Source: an uncultured Bacilli bacterium (GTDB lineage Bacteria > Bacillota_I > Bacilli_A > RF39 > UBA660). From it: a DNA stretch of 64,000 nt. The stretch's first letter is position 1. Every line of letters begins with the position of its first letter. The stretch spans positions 69,073 through 133,072 of the forward strand of contig CAKPDM010000001.1 in assembly GCA_934148995.1 (NCBI GenBank), given 5' to 3'. Both the position numbers and the translations under genes were made by a program. Positions 19,971 through 30,550 of the stretch are shown piece after piece. The notes under the pieces were generated by a model that saw only the letters and a list, made by a program, of their open reading frames with translations, searched no databases and was not told where the DNA came from.

Positions 19971-20348
19971 TGGTGGAGATGAGGGGTATCGAACCCCTGT
20001 CCAAAAATAGAGCTACATAAACTTCTACAAGTTTAGATTGTTTATTAAATTCAAATTATAGTAAAGAAACAATCAACCAAACTACGATTCTAGTCTTATA
20101 CTATTCAGCTATTTACTAAGACGATAAATAACTATATCTTACTAAAATAAACCGTACAATCTTAACGTAAGAAATTAAGAAAGACAGCGTACAAGCCTAT
20201 TCTTAGGCAAATGCTAAACTAGTGTTTCCACCAAAGTTTGCAAGTACATTTTTAATTTTGTTTCCAGTTATTCTGGTTTAATCTGTAACGTAGATAATTC
20301 GACTTGCTATCTATGCTCTACTATTCCTGTCGAATCCAAGACATCCCC
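19971..20348 (-). ncRNA. ssrA: tmRNA (SsrA)
   Basis: 5' GGGGATGTCTTGGATTCGACAGG... and 3' ...GGACAGGGGTTCGATACCCCTCATCTCCACCA; acceptor stem with G3:U70; internal tag reading frame; smpB immediately upstream. Confidence 0.9.
20203..20241 (-). other. tmRNA tag-peptide reading frame: (A)NFGGNTSLAFA-stop
   Basis: GCA AAC TTT GGT GGA AAC ACT AGT TTA GCA TTT GCC TAA; resume codon assignment inferred. Confidence 0.45.
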
Positions 20349-20390
20349 AAGTAAGATTATTGTACCATAATCTACTATAAAAGTCTATTA
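20349..20390 (-). promoter_or_regulatory. Candidate ssrA promoter (-35 TAGACT, 17-nt spacer, extended -10 TGGTACAAT)
   Basis: minus-strand hexamers at 20382-20387 and 20359-20367, ~10 nt upstream of mature 5' end. Confidence 0.35.
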
Positions 20391-20834
20391 CTGATACTTT
20401 ATTTGTTTAGCTATATCCCTATTAATATCACGTTCTTTAATAGTTTCTCTCTTATCGTAATTTTTCTTACCACGACAAACACCAAGTTCTACTTTAGCTC
20501 TTCCTCTTACAAAATATATTTTTAATGGTATTAATGTATAGCCTTCTTGTTCCACTTTCGCAGCTAATTTCTTAATCTGTTTTTTATGAAGTAATAACTT
20601 TCTACTTCTTGTCTCTTCGTGATTAAATAAATTACCTTCTTCATATGGTGCAATATACATATTAACTAGAAAAACTTCATCATTTTTAATTCTGGCATAA
20701 CAGTCTTTTAGATTAGCACTACCTTTTCTAATTGATTTTATTTCTGTTCCTTTAAGAACAATTCCACACTCTAATGCTTCATCAATAAAGTAGTCATGTC
20801 TTGCTTTTCTATTTAGTATTTCCACATTTATCAC
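20388..20834 (-). CDS. smpB: SsrA-binding protein SmpB
   Basis: 148 aa; ...[10 protein letters not shown]...GTEIKSIR... typical SmpB; directly precedes tmRNA. Confidence 0.9.
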   Translation of the reverse strand: MINVEILNRKARHDYFIDEALECGIVLKGTEIKSIRKGSANLKDCYARIKNDEVFLVNMYIAPYEEGNLFNHEETRSRKLLLHKKQIKKLAAKVEQEGYTLIPLKIYFVRGRAKVELGVCRGKKNYDKRETIKERDINRDIAKQIKYQ

Positions 20835-20836
20835 CT

Positions 20837-22000
20837 CTATATATCTTTCATTTTTACCTTATCCGTCTTTGATAAAACAACATTTTTATAAGTATTATAG
20901 TACTCTTTGTATCCTGGTAAAATATCATCATTTAATTCACTATATGGATAAACTAAGAAATTTCTTTTTCGTGGATAAGCAGCAGAATAAGTATAAATGA
21001 GTTCTGCTTCTGGATTTTCAAGACTGATAGTAGTATTATCTTTTTCCACAGTTTTGTGAATATTTACATTTACCATTAATCCAGTCAATCGTTCCACTCC
21101 TATCTGATCAGAAATAAAATTTCCCAGTGAGTATATTACCATTGTTTTTCCAATAAATTCAATTGGTTCTACCACATGAGGATGACTTCCTATGATAATA
21201 TCAACACCAAGATTTGATAAATAGTTGGCTATTTCCACTTGAGAATCACTTATTCCTTTGGAATACTCAGTACCCCAGTGCATTGCTACTATTATAACAT
21301 CAACTTCATCTTTTACTCTTTCAATATCATTTTTAGCTAGTTCTTCACTATAAACATTATTTAAATATTCTTTACCAGTAGGTGTTTCTAAGCCATTTGT
21401 CCAAGTAGTATAGGAAAAGAAAGCATATTTAATTCCATTTATTTCTTTAACTACTTTTTTATCTCTATCTTCAAAAGAGGTATAACTCCCAGCTGTTAGA
21501 ACACTTGACTGCTTACTCCAGTAAGATAGGGAATTTAATACACCTTGTTCACCTTTATCCATTGTATGATTAGTAGCAAGAGAAACTAAGTTAAAACCAG
21601 AATCAATGAAAGCATCTCCAACTTCATAAGGAGAATTAAATCTTGGATAGTTTGATAGACCTAATTCTACTCCACCTAAAACTGTTTCTTGATTGTAATA
21701 TTCTAAATCATACTTACTAACAATTGGTTTTATCTTTTCTAGCATAGGTTTAAAATCATAACTACCATCAGTTGTTTTAGCATCCATATAAATAGTACTA
21801 TGGATAAGAGCATCTCCCACCATAAAAAGTGAAGCTGACATTTCTTTTTTAATATCTTCCTTTTCTTCTTGTGATGGTTTAGCCGGTTCTACTAGTTTTG
21901 GCTTTTGTTTGGCTTTAAAACAAAGGAAAGCAGCAAAGAAAAAGATTAAAATTAATAATACTAATACTAAAGCTTGTTTCTTTTTTCGTTTACTGCTCAT
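20837..22000 (-). CDS. CapA/PGA_cap family metallophosphatase-like protein, membrane anchored
   Basis: 387 aa; N-terminal TM; MVGDALIH..., [25 protein letters not shown] motifs of CapA family. Confidence 0.7.
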   Translation of the reverse strand: MSSKRKKKQALVLVLLILIFFFAAFLCFKAKQKPKLVEPAKPSQEEKEDIKKEMSASLFMVGDALIHSTIYMDAKTTDGSYDFKPMLEKIKPIVSKYDLEYYNQETVLGGVELGLSNYPRFNSPYEVGDAFIDSGFNLVSLATNHTMDKGEQGVLNSLSYWSKQSSVLTAGSYTSFEDRDKKVVKEINGIKYAFFSYTTWTNGLETPTGKEYLNNVYSEELAKNDIERVKDEVDVIIVAMHWGTEYSKGISDSQVEIANYLSNLGVDIIIGSHPHVVEPIEFIGKTMVIYSLGNFISDQIGVERLTGLMVNVNIHKTVEKDNTTISLENPEAELIYTYSAAYPRKRNFLVYPYSELNDDILPGYKEYYNTYKNVVLSKTDKVKMKDI

Positions 22001-22010
22001 ATATAATCAC

Positions 22011-24104
22011 CTAAATCTTTTTAACGATTTTGAAATCTATAGTTTTTGCTTGTTTATTAGCTGCTACTACTTTAATTCTTACTTTTTCACCAATTGTATA
22101 ACGTATATTTGTTCTTTCACCAGTTAAAGTCATTCTCTCTTCATCATAAACAAAATAATCATCTAATAATCTAAGAGGTACTAGACCTTCTATTAAATTA
22201 TCTAGTTGAACAAACATACCAAAGCTCATAACAGAAGAAATCATTCCATCATATTCTTCACCAATATGACTTTCCATATATTCAGCCATCTTCATATCTT
22301 CCACTTCACGTTCACAATCAATAGAGGCACGTTCCATTGCAGAAGAATGATCTGCTACAAATATTAACTTTTCTTCCCAATGATGAAGTGTTTGAGGAGA
22401 CATATCATGATTAAATAAGTAAGTTCTTAATAATCTATGAACAGTTGTATCTGGATATCTTCTAATTGGAGACGTAAAGTGGGTATAACAAGGACTAGCT
22501 AAACCATAATGTCCTAAATTCTGTGGTAAATAAATAGCTTTTTGCATACTTCTTAATAATAAGCTCGATAGAATAGGAAATTCTTTTTTATCTTTTAAAC
22601 TATTCAAAATATGTTGAACAGTAGTTGGTTTATTATCTTTGATATTTCCAGTAATATGATAGCCAAGATTACTGACAAAAGCCAAGAAACTTTGAATTCT
22701 TTCTTGTTTAGGATACTCATGTACACGATAGATAAATGGTAAATTCATATAGAAAATATGGCTTGCAACACATTCATTAGCAGCAATCATAAAGTCTTCT
22801 ATTAAATTTTCACCAAGACCTCTTTCTCTTAATACAACGTCAGTTGGTTTACAGTTTTCATCTACTAATATTTTAGGTTCATCAACATCAAAGTCAATAT
22901 AACCACGTTTGGTCTTTGCTTTTCTCAAAATTTGTGCCAACGCTTCCATTGTTCTTAAATCATCAGCAAACTCTTCATATCCTTCTGGAACAATATTTTT
23001 TTCTATTATGCTATTAACCTTTTTATAAGTCATTTGCTTCCTTGATTTAATAACGCTTTCAAAGATATCATAATCAACTAATTTTCCTTGATTATCATAC
23101 TCCATAACACAGCTTATTGCTAAACGGTCGACATTAGGATTTAAAGAACAAATACCATTTGATAACTCATGCGGTAACATTGGAATTACTCTATCTACAA
23201 GATAAACTGATGTTCCCCTATCCATTGCTTCTTTATCAAGTGGACTTCCTTCTTTAACATAGTATGAAACATCTGCTATATGAACACCTAATACATAATT
23301 ACCATTTTCTTTTTTATCTATACTAACAGCATCATCAATATCTCTTGTATCATCACCATCAATAGTAAAAATTACTTTATCACGTAAATCTCTTCTTCCC
23401 TTCATATCAGCTTCTGATACTTCCATTGGTAAAGTTTTTACTTCTTCTACCACATCTTCTGGAAAACTACTATTTATATGATATTTTTCCACAATAGATA
23501 AAATATCAACACCTGGATCATTTTTATGTCCAATAATTCTTAAAACTTTACCTTCTGCTTGATGATTACTAATTCTTTTAATTATTTCTACTACTACTTT
23601 ATGTCCATCTACAGCATTTAAAGAATTTTCTTTACTTATTAATATTTCTAGATTAACTTTATCTTCATCTAATTTTACTTTTCCAACATTTTTATAAAAG
23701 TTAATTTCTCCAACAAAAGTATTAGTTTCGTGCTTTAATACTCTAATTATTCTACCTTCTAGACGGCCTAAATCTTTTTTAGAAGTTAATTCTACAATTA
23801 CATAATCACCATGAATAGCTCCATTCATATTATCAGCACTAATATAAACATCCTCAGTTAATGAATCAACATCTACAAAACCAAAACCTTTTTTATTTGA
23901 GTGTAAATATCCTTTTAATAAGTGACTATCTTCGAATAACATATATTTATCTTTATTAGTATGATAAATACTTGTTTCTATTTCCATCTCATTTAAAATA
24001 GATAATAATTCTTCTAAGTTACTAGTACCTAGTTCTTCTTCTAATTCAAAGACTGTTAAACTTTTTCCTTTTTCTTTTAATATCTTTAGTATTCTTTCTT
24101 TCAT
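22011..24104 (-). CDS. rnr: Ribonuclease R (RNB family 3'-5' exoribonuclease with S1 domain)
   Basis: 697 aa; cold-shock/OB N-term, RNB catalytic core (..DIDDAVS.., ..RVIPMLP..), C-terminal S1; follows smpB as is common. Confidence 0.85.
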   Translation of the reverse strand: MKERILKILKEKGKSLTVFELEEELGTSNLEELLSILNEMEIETSIYHTNKDKYMLFEDSHLLKGYLHSNKKGFGFVDVDSLTEDVYISADNMNGAIHGDYVIVELTSKKDLGRLEGRIIRVLKHETNTFVGEINFYKNVGKVKLDEDKVNLEILISKENSLNAVDGHKVVVEIIKRISNHQAEGKVLRIIGHKNDPGVDILSIVEKYHINSSFPEDVVEEVKTLPMEVSEADMKGRRDLRDKVIFTIDGDDTRDIDDAVSIDKKENGNYVLGVHIADVSYYVKEGSPLDKEAMDRGTSVYLVDRVIPMLPHELSNGICSLNPNVDRLAISCVMEYDNQGKLVDYDIFESVIKSRKQMTYKKVNSIIEKNIVPEGYEEFADDLRTMEALAQILRKAKTKRGYIDFDVDEPKILVDENCKPTDVVLRERGLGENLIEDFMIAANECVASHIFYMNLPFIYRVHEYPKQERIQSFLAFVSNLGYHITGNIKDNKPTTVQHILNSLKDKKEFPILSSLLLRSMQKAIYLPQNLGHYGLASPCYTHFTSPIRRYPDTTVHRLLRTYLFNHDMSPQTLHHWEEKLIFVADHSSAMERASIDCEREVEDMKMAEYMESHIGEEYDGMISSVMSFGMFVQLDNLIEGLVPLRLLDDYFVYDEERMTLTGERTNIRYTIGEKVRIKVVAANKQAKTIDFKIVKKI

Positions 24105-24154
24105 AAGTACCTCACTATAATCTTATTGTACCACATTAGTACTAAATTAAACTA

Positions 24155-26113
24155 TTATTTTTGAGTATCAACTTTCATTTCAAATAGAATATTTCTTAAT
24201 TCCATTGCACGTTCAAAGTCTAATTCTTTAGCAGCTTTCATCATTTCTGTTTCTATTCTTTCGATTTCGTTTAATCTTTCTTGTTTAGTTAATTTCTTAG
24301 TTTTTTTCTTGCTAGCTTTATCTACATTACTTACTACTTCTCTTATTTCTTTAACGATAGTTTTAGGAGTTATATTATGTTCTTTATTATACTTATCTTG
24401 AATAGTTCTTCTTCTTGCTGTCTCATCAATGGCTTTTTGCATACTATCCGTTATTTTATCAGCATACATAATAACGTGACCATCTTTATTTCTAGCACAA
24501 CGACCTATCGTTTGAATTAAGCTTCGCTCGCTTCGTAAAAATCCTTCTTTATCTGCATCCAAGATAGCTATTAATGACACCTCTGGTATATCAATTCCTT
24601 CTCTTAAAAGGTTTATTCCAACAACTACATCATATTTACCAATTCTTAAGTCATGAATAATTTGTAAACGCTCTAAAGTTTTAATTTCCGTATGTAAATA
24701 AGCTACCTTAATATCAACATCTTTTAAATAATTAGTAAGTTCTTCTGCCATTCTAATTGTTAAAGTTGTAATTAAAACTCTTTCATTTTTTTCTTTTCTG
24801 ATTCTTATTTCTTCTATTAAGTTATCAATTTGTCCTTCAGAGCCTCTTACTTCGATAGTAGGGTCAAGTAAACCTGTTGGTCTAATAATTTGTTCAACAT
24901 ACTCACCATCTGTTTTTAGAAGTTCATAATCTCCTGGTGTTGCTGATACGTAGATTGCTTGATTTATCTTCTTTTCAAACTCTTCATATTTTAATGGTCT
25001 ATTATCTAAGGCACTCGGAAGCCTAAAACCATAATCGACAAGATTCATCTTTCTAGCCCTGTCACCATTATACATTCCTCTTACTTGAGGTAAAGTAACA
25101 TGTGATTCATCTACAATTAGTAAATAATCATCATTAAAGAAGTCCATTAACGTGGTTGGAGTTTCTCCTCTTTCTCTACCAGCCATTGGGGCAGAATAGT
25201 TTTCTATTCCGTGACAGAAACCAGTCTCCTCAAGCATTTCCAAATCATAATTTGTTCTTTGTTCTAATCTTTCTGCTGCTAATAATTTATTTTCCTTCTT
25301 TAGTTCCTCTAATCGTTCTTTTAACTCACTTTTTATTCTTTTAATAGCAGCTTTTAATTTTTCATCACTTACTACAAAGTGACTAGCGGGAAAGATACTT
25401 ATTGTCTTTTTATTAGTAACAATTGCTCCTGTTAAAACGTCTATTTCACTTATTCTATCTATTTCACTACCAAAAAACTCAATTCTATAACCAGTTTTAT
25501 CTTGGTTAACTGGTATTATTTCCACTATGTCACCTCTTACTCTAAAAGTTCCACGATGAAAGTCAAAATCATTTCTTTCAAATTGCATTTCTACTAGTTT
25601 AGCAAGAACTTTATCTCTTTCAATTTCATCACCTATACTAAGAGTTAACATTTTATTTTGATATTCTTCTACTTCTCCAATACCGTATATACAAGATACT
25701 GATGCTACAACTATAGTATCTTTATAAGTTAAAAGTGAAGATGTAGCTTCGTGACGCAATTCATCTATTTCATCATTTATGGATGAATCTTTTTCAATAT
25801 AAGTATCAGTACTAGGAACATATGCTTCAGGTTGATAATAATCATAATAAGATACAAAATAACAAACATGATTATTAGGAAATAATTCCTTCATCTCAGC
25901 ATATAACTGACCTGCTAATGTCTTATTATGTGCAAGTATTAAAGTTTGTTTATTGGTTCTTTGAATAACATTTGCCATAGTAAAAGTTTTACCTGTTCCT
26001 GTAGCACCTAGTAATACCTGTTCTTTTACTCCAGATTCTATTCCTTTGACTAATTTTTCTATCGCTTGTGGTTGATCTCCACTTGGTTTAAATTTTGATA
26101 CTAATTCAAACAT
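24155..26113 (-). CDS. uvrB: Excinuclease ABC subunit B
   Basis: 652 aa; [25 protein letters not shown].. [10 protein letters not shown] helicase motifs, C-terminal UvrB/UvrC interaction motif ...[12 protein letters not shown].. Confidence 0.9.
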   Translation of the reverse strand: MFELVSKFKPSGDQPQAIEKLVKGIESGVKEQVLLGATGTGKTFTMANVIQRTNKQTLILAHNKTLAGQLYAEMKELFPNNHVCYFVSYYDYYQPEAYVPSTDTYIEKDSSINDEIDELRHEATSSLLTYKDTIVVASVSCIYGIGEVEEYQNKMLTLSIGDEIERDKVLAKLVEMQFERNDFDFHRGTFRVRGDIVEIIPVNQDKTGYRIEFFGSEIDRISEIDVLTGAIVTNKKTISIFPASHFVVSDEKLKAAIKRIKSELKERLEELKKENKLLAAERLEQRTNYDLEMLEETGFCHGIENYSAPMAGRERGETPTTLMDFFNDDYLLIVDESHVTLPQVRGMYNGDRARKMNLVDYGFRLPSALDNRPLKYEEFEKKINQAIYVSATPGDYELLKTDGEYVEQIIRPTGLLDPTIEVRGSEGQIDNLIEEIRIRKEKNERVLITTLTIRMAEELTNYLKDVDIKVAYLHTEIKTLERLQIIHDLRIGKYDVVVGINLLREGIDIPEVSLIAILDADKEGFLRSERSLIQTIGRCARNKDGHVIMYADKITDSMQKAIDETARRRTIQDKYNKEHNITPKTIVKEIREVVSNVDKASKKKTKKLTKQERLNEIERIETEMMKAAKELDFERAMELRNILFEMKVDTQK

Positions 26114-26138
26114 ATCTTGTCCTCCTTATTATGACTCA

Positions 26139-26172
26139 TATCAATCAGAAAATTCGTGTCCAACTACCAAAA
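26139..26172. repeat. Two direct copies of AAAATTCGTGTCC (left repeat of GT2 cassette)
   Basis: 26139-26151 and 26160-26172; inverted partners at 27447-27468. Confidence 0.5.
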
Positions 26173-26349
26173 ATTCGTGTCCTAGAGCCGATTAAATAGG
26201 TCAAAATTTTGGTGGATAGTGATGGTCACACGTCTCGGCTACAAATTTATTAAATGTAAATGAATAATTAATTTTTTCAATAGATTATTTTAACATTATT
26301 TTAATAATAAAACAATGAAGCTACTTTAATGCCTATCATTTTTGTCAAA

Positions 26350-27381
26350 TTATCTGAAGGACCTTTTTATATTACTTTCTGCTGTTTCTCTATCAACATT
26401 TCTATACTCATCATTTGTATATTTATCAAGTCTATTCATATCAAAATTAAATAAGAAATTATTAGATCTATATTGTTTAACAATTTGATTTTCTTGCCAA
26501 TTTTGATACTTAGCATCTAAAATTCCTAGCAAAGAACTTACTACTATTTCTTTTTTCTTATGTGGAAAATTAACCCAAAGCATAGTATTTTCAACTCTAA
26601 ATAAAGTATGTAAAATGTATAAGCTTTCAATTTGATTTTTATATTCCTCTGACAAACCTCTTAATTTCATTTGTTTTTCTACATTTTCCAAACATTTAAT
26701 TATATCTAGAATATTAGGAATTTTGTTAATAAAATCTTTTATAGTTGTATTCATATTAACTCTATAATTATAAACAGGTTCATCCATATGAAATAATTTT
26801 TCAGAACTTGCTACAATAACAGGTATAATTGCTAGATCTTCCCATTTTGTTTTTTCTGGAAATCTTAAATCACCTATTAAATCACGACTTATCAATTTAT
26901 TTCCTATTCCAGGAGTTTCTGTTACTATATAATCTTTAATTTTTCTTACATCTATAACTTTGCTACCTTGTACATCACTCCAACTACATTTATCCTCTGC
27001 TCTAATTGGTCCTATTATAGTTTGATAATTTCCCCTAACTAATTTAACATTATGTTCTTTAGCAATGTTATACATTTTTTCTAAAATGTCTGTTTTTAGA
27101 TAATCATCTGCATCAACAAATTTAATAAACTCTCCATTTGCATTTTCTATTCCAATATTTCTAGCAGACCCTGCCCCACCATTTTCTTTATCAAAAATTT
27201 TTAACGTACCTTTATATTTTTGTGATAATTCATCTAATATATTTAAACTATCATCAGTTGAACCATCATTAATTACAAGTATTTCAATATCCTTCATAGT
27301 TTGATTAGCTATACTTGAAATACATCGTTCTAAATACCTTTCTGCATTATAAACTGGAATAATAACACTAACTTTTCTCAT
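26350..27381 (-). CDS. Family 2 glycosyltransferase
   Basis: 343 aa; MRKVSVIIPVYNAERYLERCISSI...INDGSTDDS...VDADD typical GT2. Confidence 0.75.
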   Translation of the reverse strand: MRKVSVIIPVYNAERYLERCISSIANQTMKDIEILVINDGSTDDSLNILDELSQKYKGTLKIFDKENGGAGSARNIGIENANGEFIKFVDADDYLKTDILEKMYNIAKEHNVKLVRGNYQTIIGPIRAEDKCSWSDVQGSKVIDVRKIKDYIVTETPGIGNKLISRDLIGDLRFPEKTKWEDLAIIPVIVASSEKLFHMDEPVYNYRVNMNTTIKDFINKIPNILDIIKCLENVEKQMKLRGLSEEYKNQIESLYILHTLFRVENTMLWVNFPHKKKEIVVSSLLGILDAKYQNWQENQIVKQYRSNNFLFNFDMNRLDKYTNDEYRNVDRETAESNIKRSFR

Positions 27382-27446
27382 CTAATTTATCCTCCTATTT
27401 TTATATTTTTACTCAAAATAACCACAATTTCAAATCAATTTTTTAA

Positions 27447-27468
27447 GACACGAATGGATACGAATTTT
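27447..27468. repeat. Inverted copies of the cassette repeat (GACACGAAT / GGATACGAATTTT)
   Basis: reverse complement of AAAATTCGTGTCC motif seen left of the GT2 gene. Confidence 0.45.
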
Positions 27469-27571
27469 GGTCACAAATTTACATTTCGTTATATATTTTT
27501 ATTTAGTCTTTTTATAGTATTTTTGAGGGATTGAATAAACCTAAAAAATGTTGAAATAAAAGTTTTTTAGG

Positions 27572-27744
27572 TTGGTTCTCTGGATAACATTTGCCATAGT
27601 AAAAGTTTTACCTGTTCCTGTAGCACCTAGTAATACCTGCTCTTTTACCCTAGATTCTATTCCTTTAACTAATTTTTCTATCGCTTGTGGTTGATCTCCA
27701 CTGGTTTAAATTTTGATACTTATTCAAACATATCTTTCCTCCTC
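27572..27744 (-). pseudogene. Degenerate duplicate of uvrB 5' end (RBS + first ~53 codons), inactivated
   Basis: ~173 bp aligning to 25953-26125 with ~8 substitutions and 2 indels; copy reads ATG TTT GAA TAA (L4 to stop) and is frameshifted downstream. Confidence 0.75.
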
Positions 27745-27849
27745 ATCTTTATTATAAACAGTTAATATATATTTTTCCCCATTTCTTATGAATTATCTAT
27801 ATTATAATTATCAAATATACGTTCGTCAATAGTTTTTTTGCAAAAAGAA

Positions 27850-27881
27850 AAGAGTAACTTCTTTTATAAAGTCTTACTCTT
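27850..27881 (-). terminator. Possible terminator hairpin at M15 peptidase gene 3' end (AAGAGTAA...TTACTCTT)
   Basis: 8-bp stem with 16-nt loop spanning the stop codon, T-rich tail on minus strand. Confidence 0.3.
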
Positions 27882-28601
27882 CTTTACATTTGACATTCTT
27901 TCTTTTATCTCTTTCATCTTCGCTTCATTTGGTTCAAAATGTTGCCAGTCACAAGACCATTCATCACTCTGTAATGGCCATATTCCTCCACATTCATAAC
28001 CAACACTATCAAATACTTTACAAATAGAATCATTAAGAGTAATGATATGTTTATTCTCTTTGGCTTTTTCTTCTCTATCAATCAATAAACTCTTCTCATA
28101 ATCAGTTAATAAATTATCATCAAATGTTCCATCACTATTTCTTGGTGTATATGGATTATCTAATGGATTAATATCAATAGCAAGTCCATAAGCATGATTT
28201 GATAAAGCAGTTTTATTAGGTATTTTTCTATAACAAAAACTACTACTATTATTACTAGCAACGCTATTTCTATCAGTAGTTACACCATCTTTATCCCAAA
28301 AATCATCTATTAAACGTATAGAATTGATTTGATATTTTAATAAGAATAAATTAGAAAATACTTCTCGTACTTCATCAATTATTACTTTATTAACAATCAT
28401 CTCACCTACTACTACATCACCATCATAATTATAATGTAACATCTTAATATATGTTAAATCATCAAGAGATATGTCATCATTCTTTTGATAACTCTTTCCA
28501 TTTATTCTTTGATAAACATCATCATTTTCCTTTATGTCTTTATTTTCAAAAATAAATTCTTTAGAATTAACTTTTTCCCCAATTTTTAAATTATCTAACA
28601 T
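27864..28601 (-). CDS. Peptidase M15 family (D-Ala-D-Ala carboxypeptidase/VanY-like) protein
   Basis: 245 aa; SxHxxGxAxD-type HAYGLAIDINP and ...DWQHFEP... zinc-ligand context. Confidence 0.55.
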   Translation of the reverse strand: MLDNLKIGEKVNSKEFIFENKDIKENDDVYQRINGKSYQKNDDISLDDLTYIKMLHYNYDGDVVVGEMIVNKVIIDEVREVFSNLFLLKYQINSIRLIDDFWDKDGVTTDRNSVASNNSSSFCYRKIPNKTALSNHAYGLAIDINPLDNPYTPRNSDGTFDDNLLTDYEKSLLIDREEKAKENKHIITLNDSICKVFDSVGYECGGIWPLQSDEWSCDWQHFEPNEAKMKEIKERMSNVKKSKTL

Positions 28602-28624
28602 ATTTCCCTCCTAGGTATTTTATG

Positions 28625-29116
28625 TTAATTATTAAGATTAATTGTAATTTTATCGACATCTTTGTTAAATTCTCGATAACTTACTCCACAAGTGTCAAAT
28701 AATCTCCTAGAAGCAATACAACCGTCTGTATCTTTATATTTATTATCTAAATATATTACTTCTTTTATTCCTGATTGAACTATCGCTTTAGCACACTCAT
28801 TACAAGGAAATAATGAAGCATATAATTTAGAGCCTTCTAAATCTCTTTTATTCCCCCTAAAGTTTAATATAGCATTCAATTCAGCATGACAAACATACAT
28901 ATATTTAGTATCTATTGGTTTACCTTCTCTTTCCCAAGGAAAGTCTTCGTCATCAAAACCATTTGGTGCTCCATTATAACCAATTGATAATATTCTATTA
29001 TCGCTACTTACAATACAAGCTCCTACTTGTGTTGAAGGATCTTTACTCCTTAATGATGATAGTTTAGCAATACTCATAAAATAAGTATCCCATGATATAT
29101 AATTTTCTCTTTTCAT
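28625..29116 (-). CDS. comEB: dCMP deaminase (ComEB-type cytidine/deoxycytidylate deaminase)
   Basis: 163 aa; zinc motifs HAELNAI and PCNECAKAI. Confidence 0.8.
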   Translation of the reverse strand: MKRENYISWDTYFMSIAKLSSLRSKDPSTQVGACIVSSDNRILSIGYNGAPNGFDDEDFPWEREGKPIDTKYMYVCHAELNAILNFRGNKRDLEGSKLYASLFPCNECAKAIVQSGIKEVIYLDNKYKDTDGCIASRRLFDTCGVSYREFNKDVDKITINLNN

Positions 29117-29119
29117 ATT

Positions 29120-30550
29120 TTATTCCTCCAATATTTTCTTATACAATTTTTTCTTTTTGTCTTTTAGTACAACTTTATAATTTTTATTATTTTTCATATA
29201 ATTAGAAAAGTAATCTTTATGTTCTACTAAAATATAATCAAAATCATATTTAGCTAAAAACTTTTTATAATCAGTTGTTTTCTTTCCAATATTAAAAGCC
29301 TCAGCAAGTATATCTTCTTTCTTATTATTAGACTTTAAAAATATTTCAGCCCTACCATCTAGGTATGGATGATAACCAGCATATTCAAAACATGAACCAT
29401 TATCATAATCTGTATATATCTTTACATCCTTAGTAGCATTTTTATCTAAGTAATCAATATATTTTTGATCAACGTTAATTAATGTATAATCATGATTTGC
29501 TATTTCCACACCAGCATATAGCAGAGCAGCTACACCTACTATTACATACAACTTTAATGGAAAAGTATAAGTCTTTCCTTCTTTAAAATGTAAATACTTA
29601 CTCCAAAATGGTAATACACAGGCACAAAAAATACTAACATTTCTAAAATTTCTAAAGGCCATATAACTTATTCCAAAAGTCAAAAAAAACTGTGAAATTG
29701 ATATTTTATCTTTATTTTTTAACATTAAAAACATAGTAATTAGAAAAGTAATTAGAAAACTAACATTAGATATAAATAAAGGTTCTTTAAAAGTAAATCT
29801 TGACATTTCTACAATTTCTTCATCTATAATTGAAACTCCATAAGATGTTAACGAATAAAACATATTTTTTATTCCATAAGGATTTATTAATCCTACCAAA
29901 AAGGAAATTATTAATACAATAATCAAAGTAAATAATCTTTTATCCTTCTTTTTATAGTATAAGTATGAAAATTCAACTAAGAATGGAAGAGAAAAGACGA
30001 AAAAGCATAACCACATCGAAGCATGAAAATTAATTAGTAATAACGACACTACTGGTAGCAAATAAATCTTCTTACTAGATTCTTTTAAGAATAATTCTAA
30101 AAGATAAATCAATACTATAAATAGTAATAAGCTATAAATGTAAGGTCGCGGTGTTAAAAAGAATATTTGTAAAAGGACATCTATTATACAAGTGGTTATT
30201 ACTGAATTAAATATCTTTCCATCACTTAACAAATTACATAACTTATATAAAAAATACATTATTAAAATATTAACAAAAACTATCAATAAAAATAAGCCAA
30301 AACCACCCAGCAATTTATAAACTGAATAAAATGATAAAGCTGAAAGCCACTGTTGCATAACAAATGATAAATTACTATGCATAGATAAAAAATCATACTT
30401 AGGAAAACCCCCTGATACTATCTTGCGACCGTAAGCAAGTAAAAACCAAATATCTTTCTCCTTACAGGAATAAGAACCGATTATTGATAACAATGGAAGT
30501 AAAAAATATAAATAGCACAAGTATTTACTTGGTCGATACTTCTTAAACAT
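29120..30550 (-). CDS. Polytopic membrane protein (possible GT-C / polymerase-like envelope glycan enzyme)
   Basis: 476 aa, ~12 TM helices, C-terminal soluble ~100 aa; adjacent to FAD oxidoreductase and SDR. Confidence 0.4.
   Translation of the reverse strand: MFKKYRPSKYLCYLYFLLPLLSIIGSYSCKEKDIWFLLAYGRKIVSGGFPKYDFLSMHSNLSFVMQQWLSALSFYSVYKLLGGFGLFLLIVFVNILIMYFLYKLCNLLSDGKIFNSVITTCIIDVLLQIFFLTPRPYIYSLLLFIVLIYLLELFLKESSKKIYLLPVVSLLLINFHASMWLCFFVFSLPFLVEFSYLYYKKKDKRLFTLIIVLIISFLVGLINPYGIKNMFYSLTSYGVSIIDEEIVEMSRFTFKEPLFISNVSFLITFLITMFLMLKNKDKISISQFFLTFGISYMAFRNFRNVSIFCACVLPFWSKYLHFKEGKTYTFPLKLYVIVGVAALLYAGVEIANHDYTLINVDQKYIDYLDKNATKDVKIYTDYDNGSCFEYAGYHPYLDGRAEIFLKSNNKKEDILAEAFNIGKKTTDYKKFLAKYDFDYILVEHKDYFSNYMKNNKNYKVVLKDKKKKLYKKILEE

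Noticed and set aside
26114-26349. LexA/Cheo box (GAAC-N4-GTTC) upstream of uvrB
   Set aside because: The repeated AAAATTCGTGTCC motifs do not fit the Cheo-box consensus and no GAAC-N4-GTTC was found in the region. The motifs are better explained as cassette-flanking repeats.
27572-27744. Second uvrB-like start as a possible functional small gene or alternative uvrB promoter
   Set aside because: The copy has a nonsense mutation at codon 4 and frameshifts. It is a pseudogene fragment, not a paralog.
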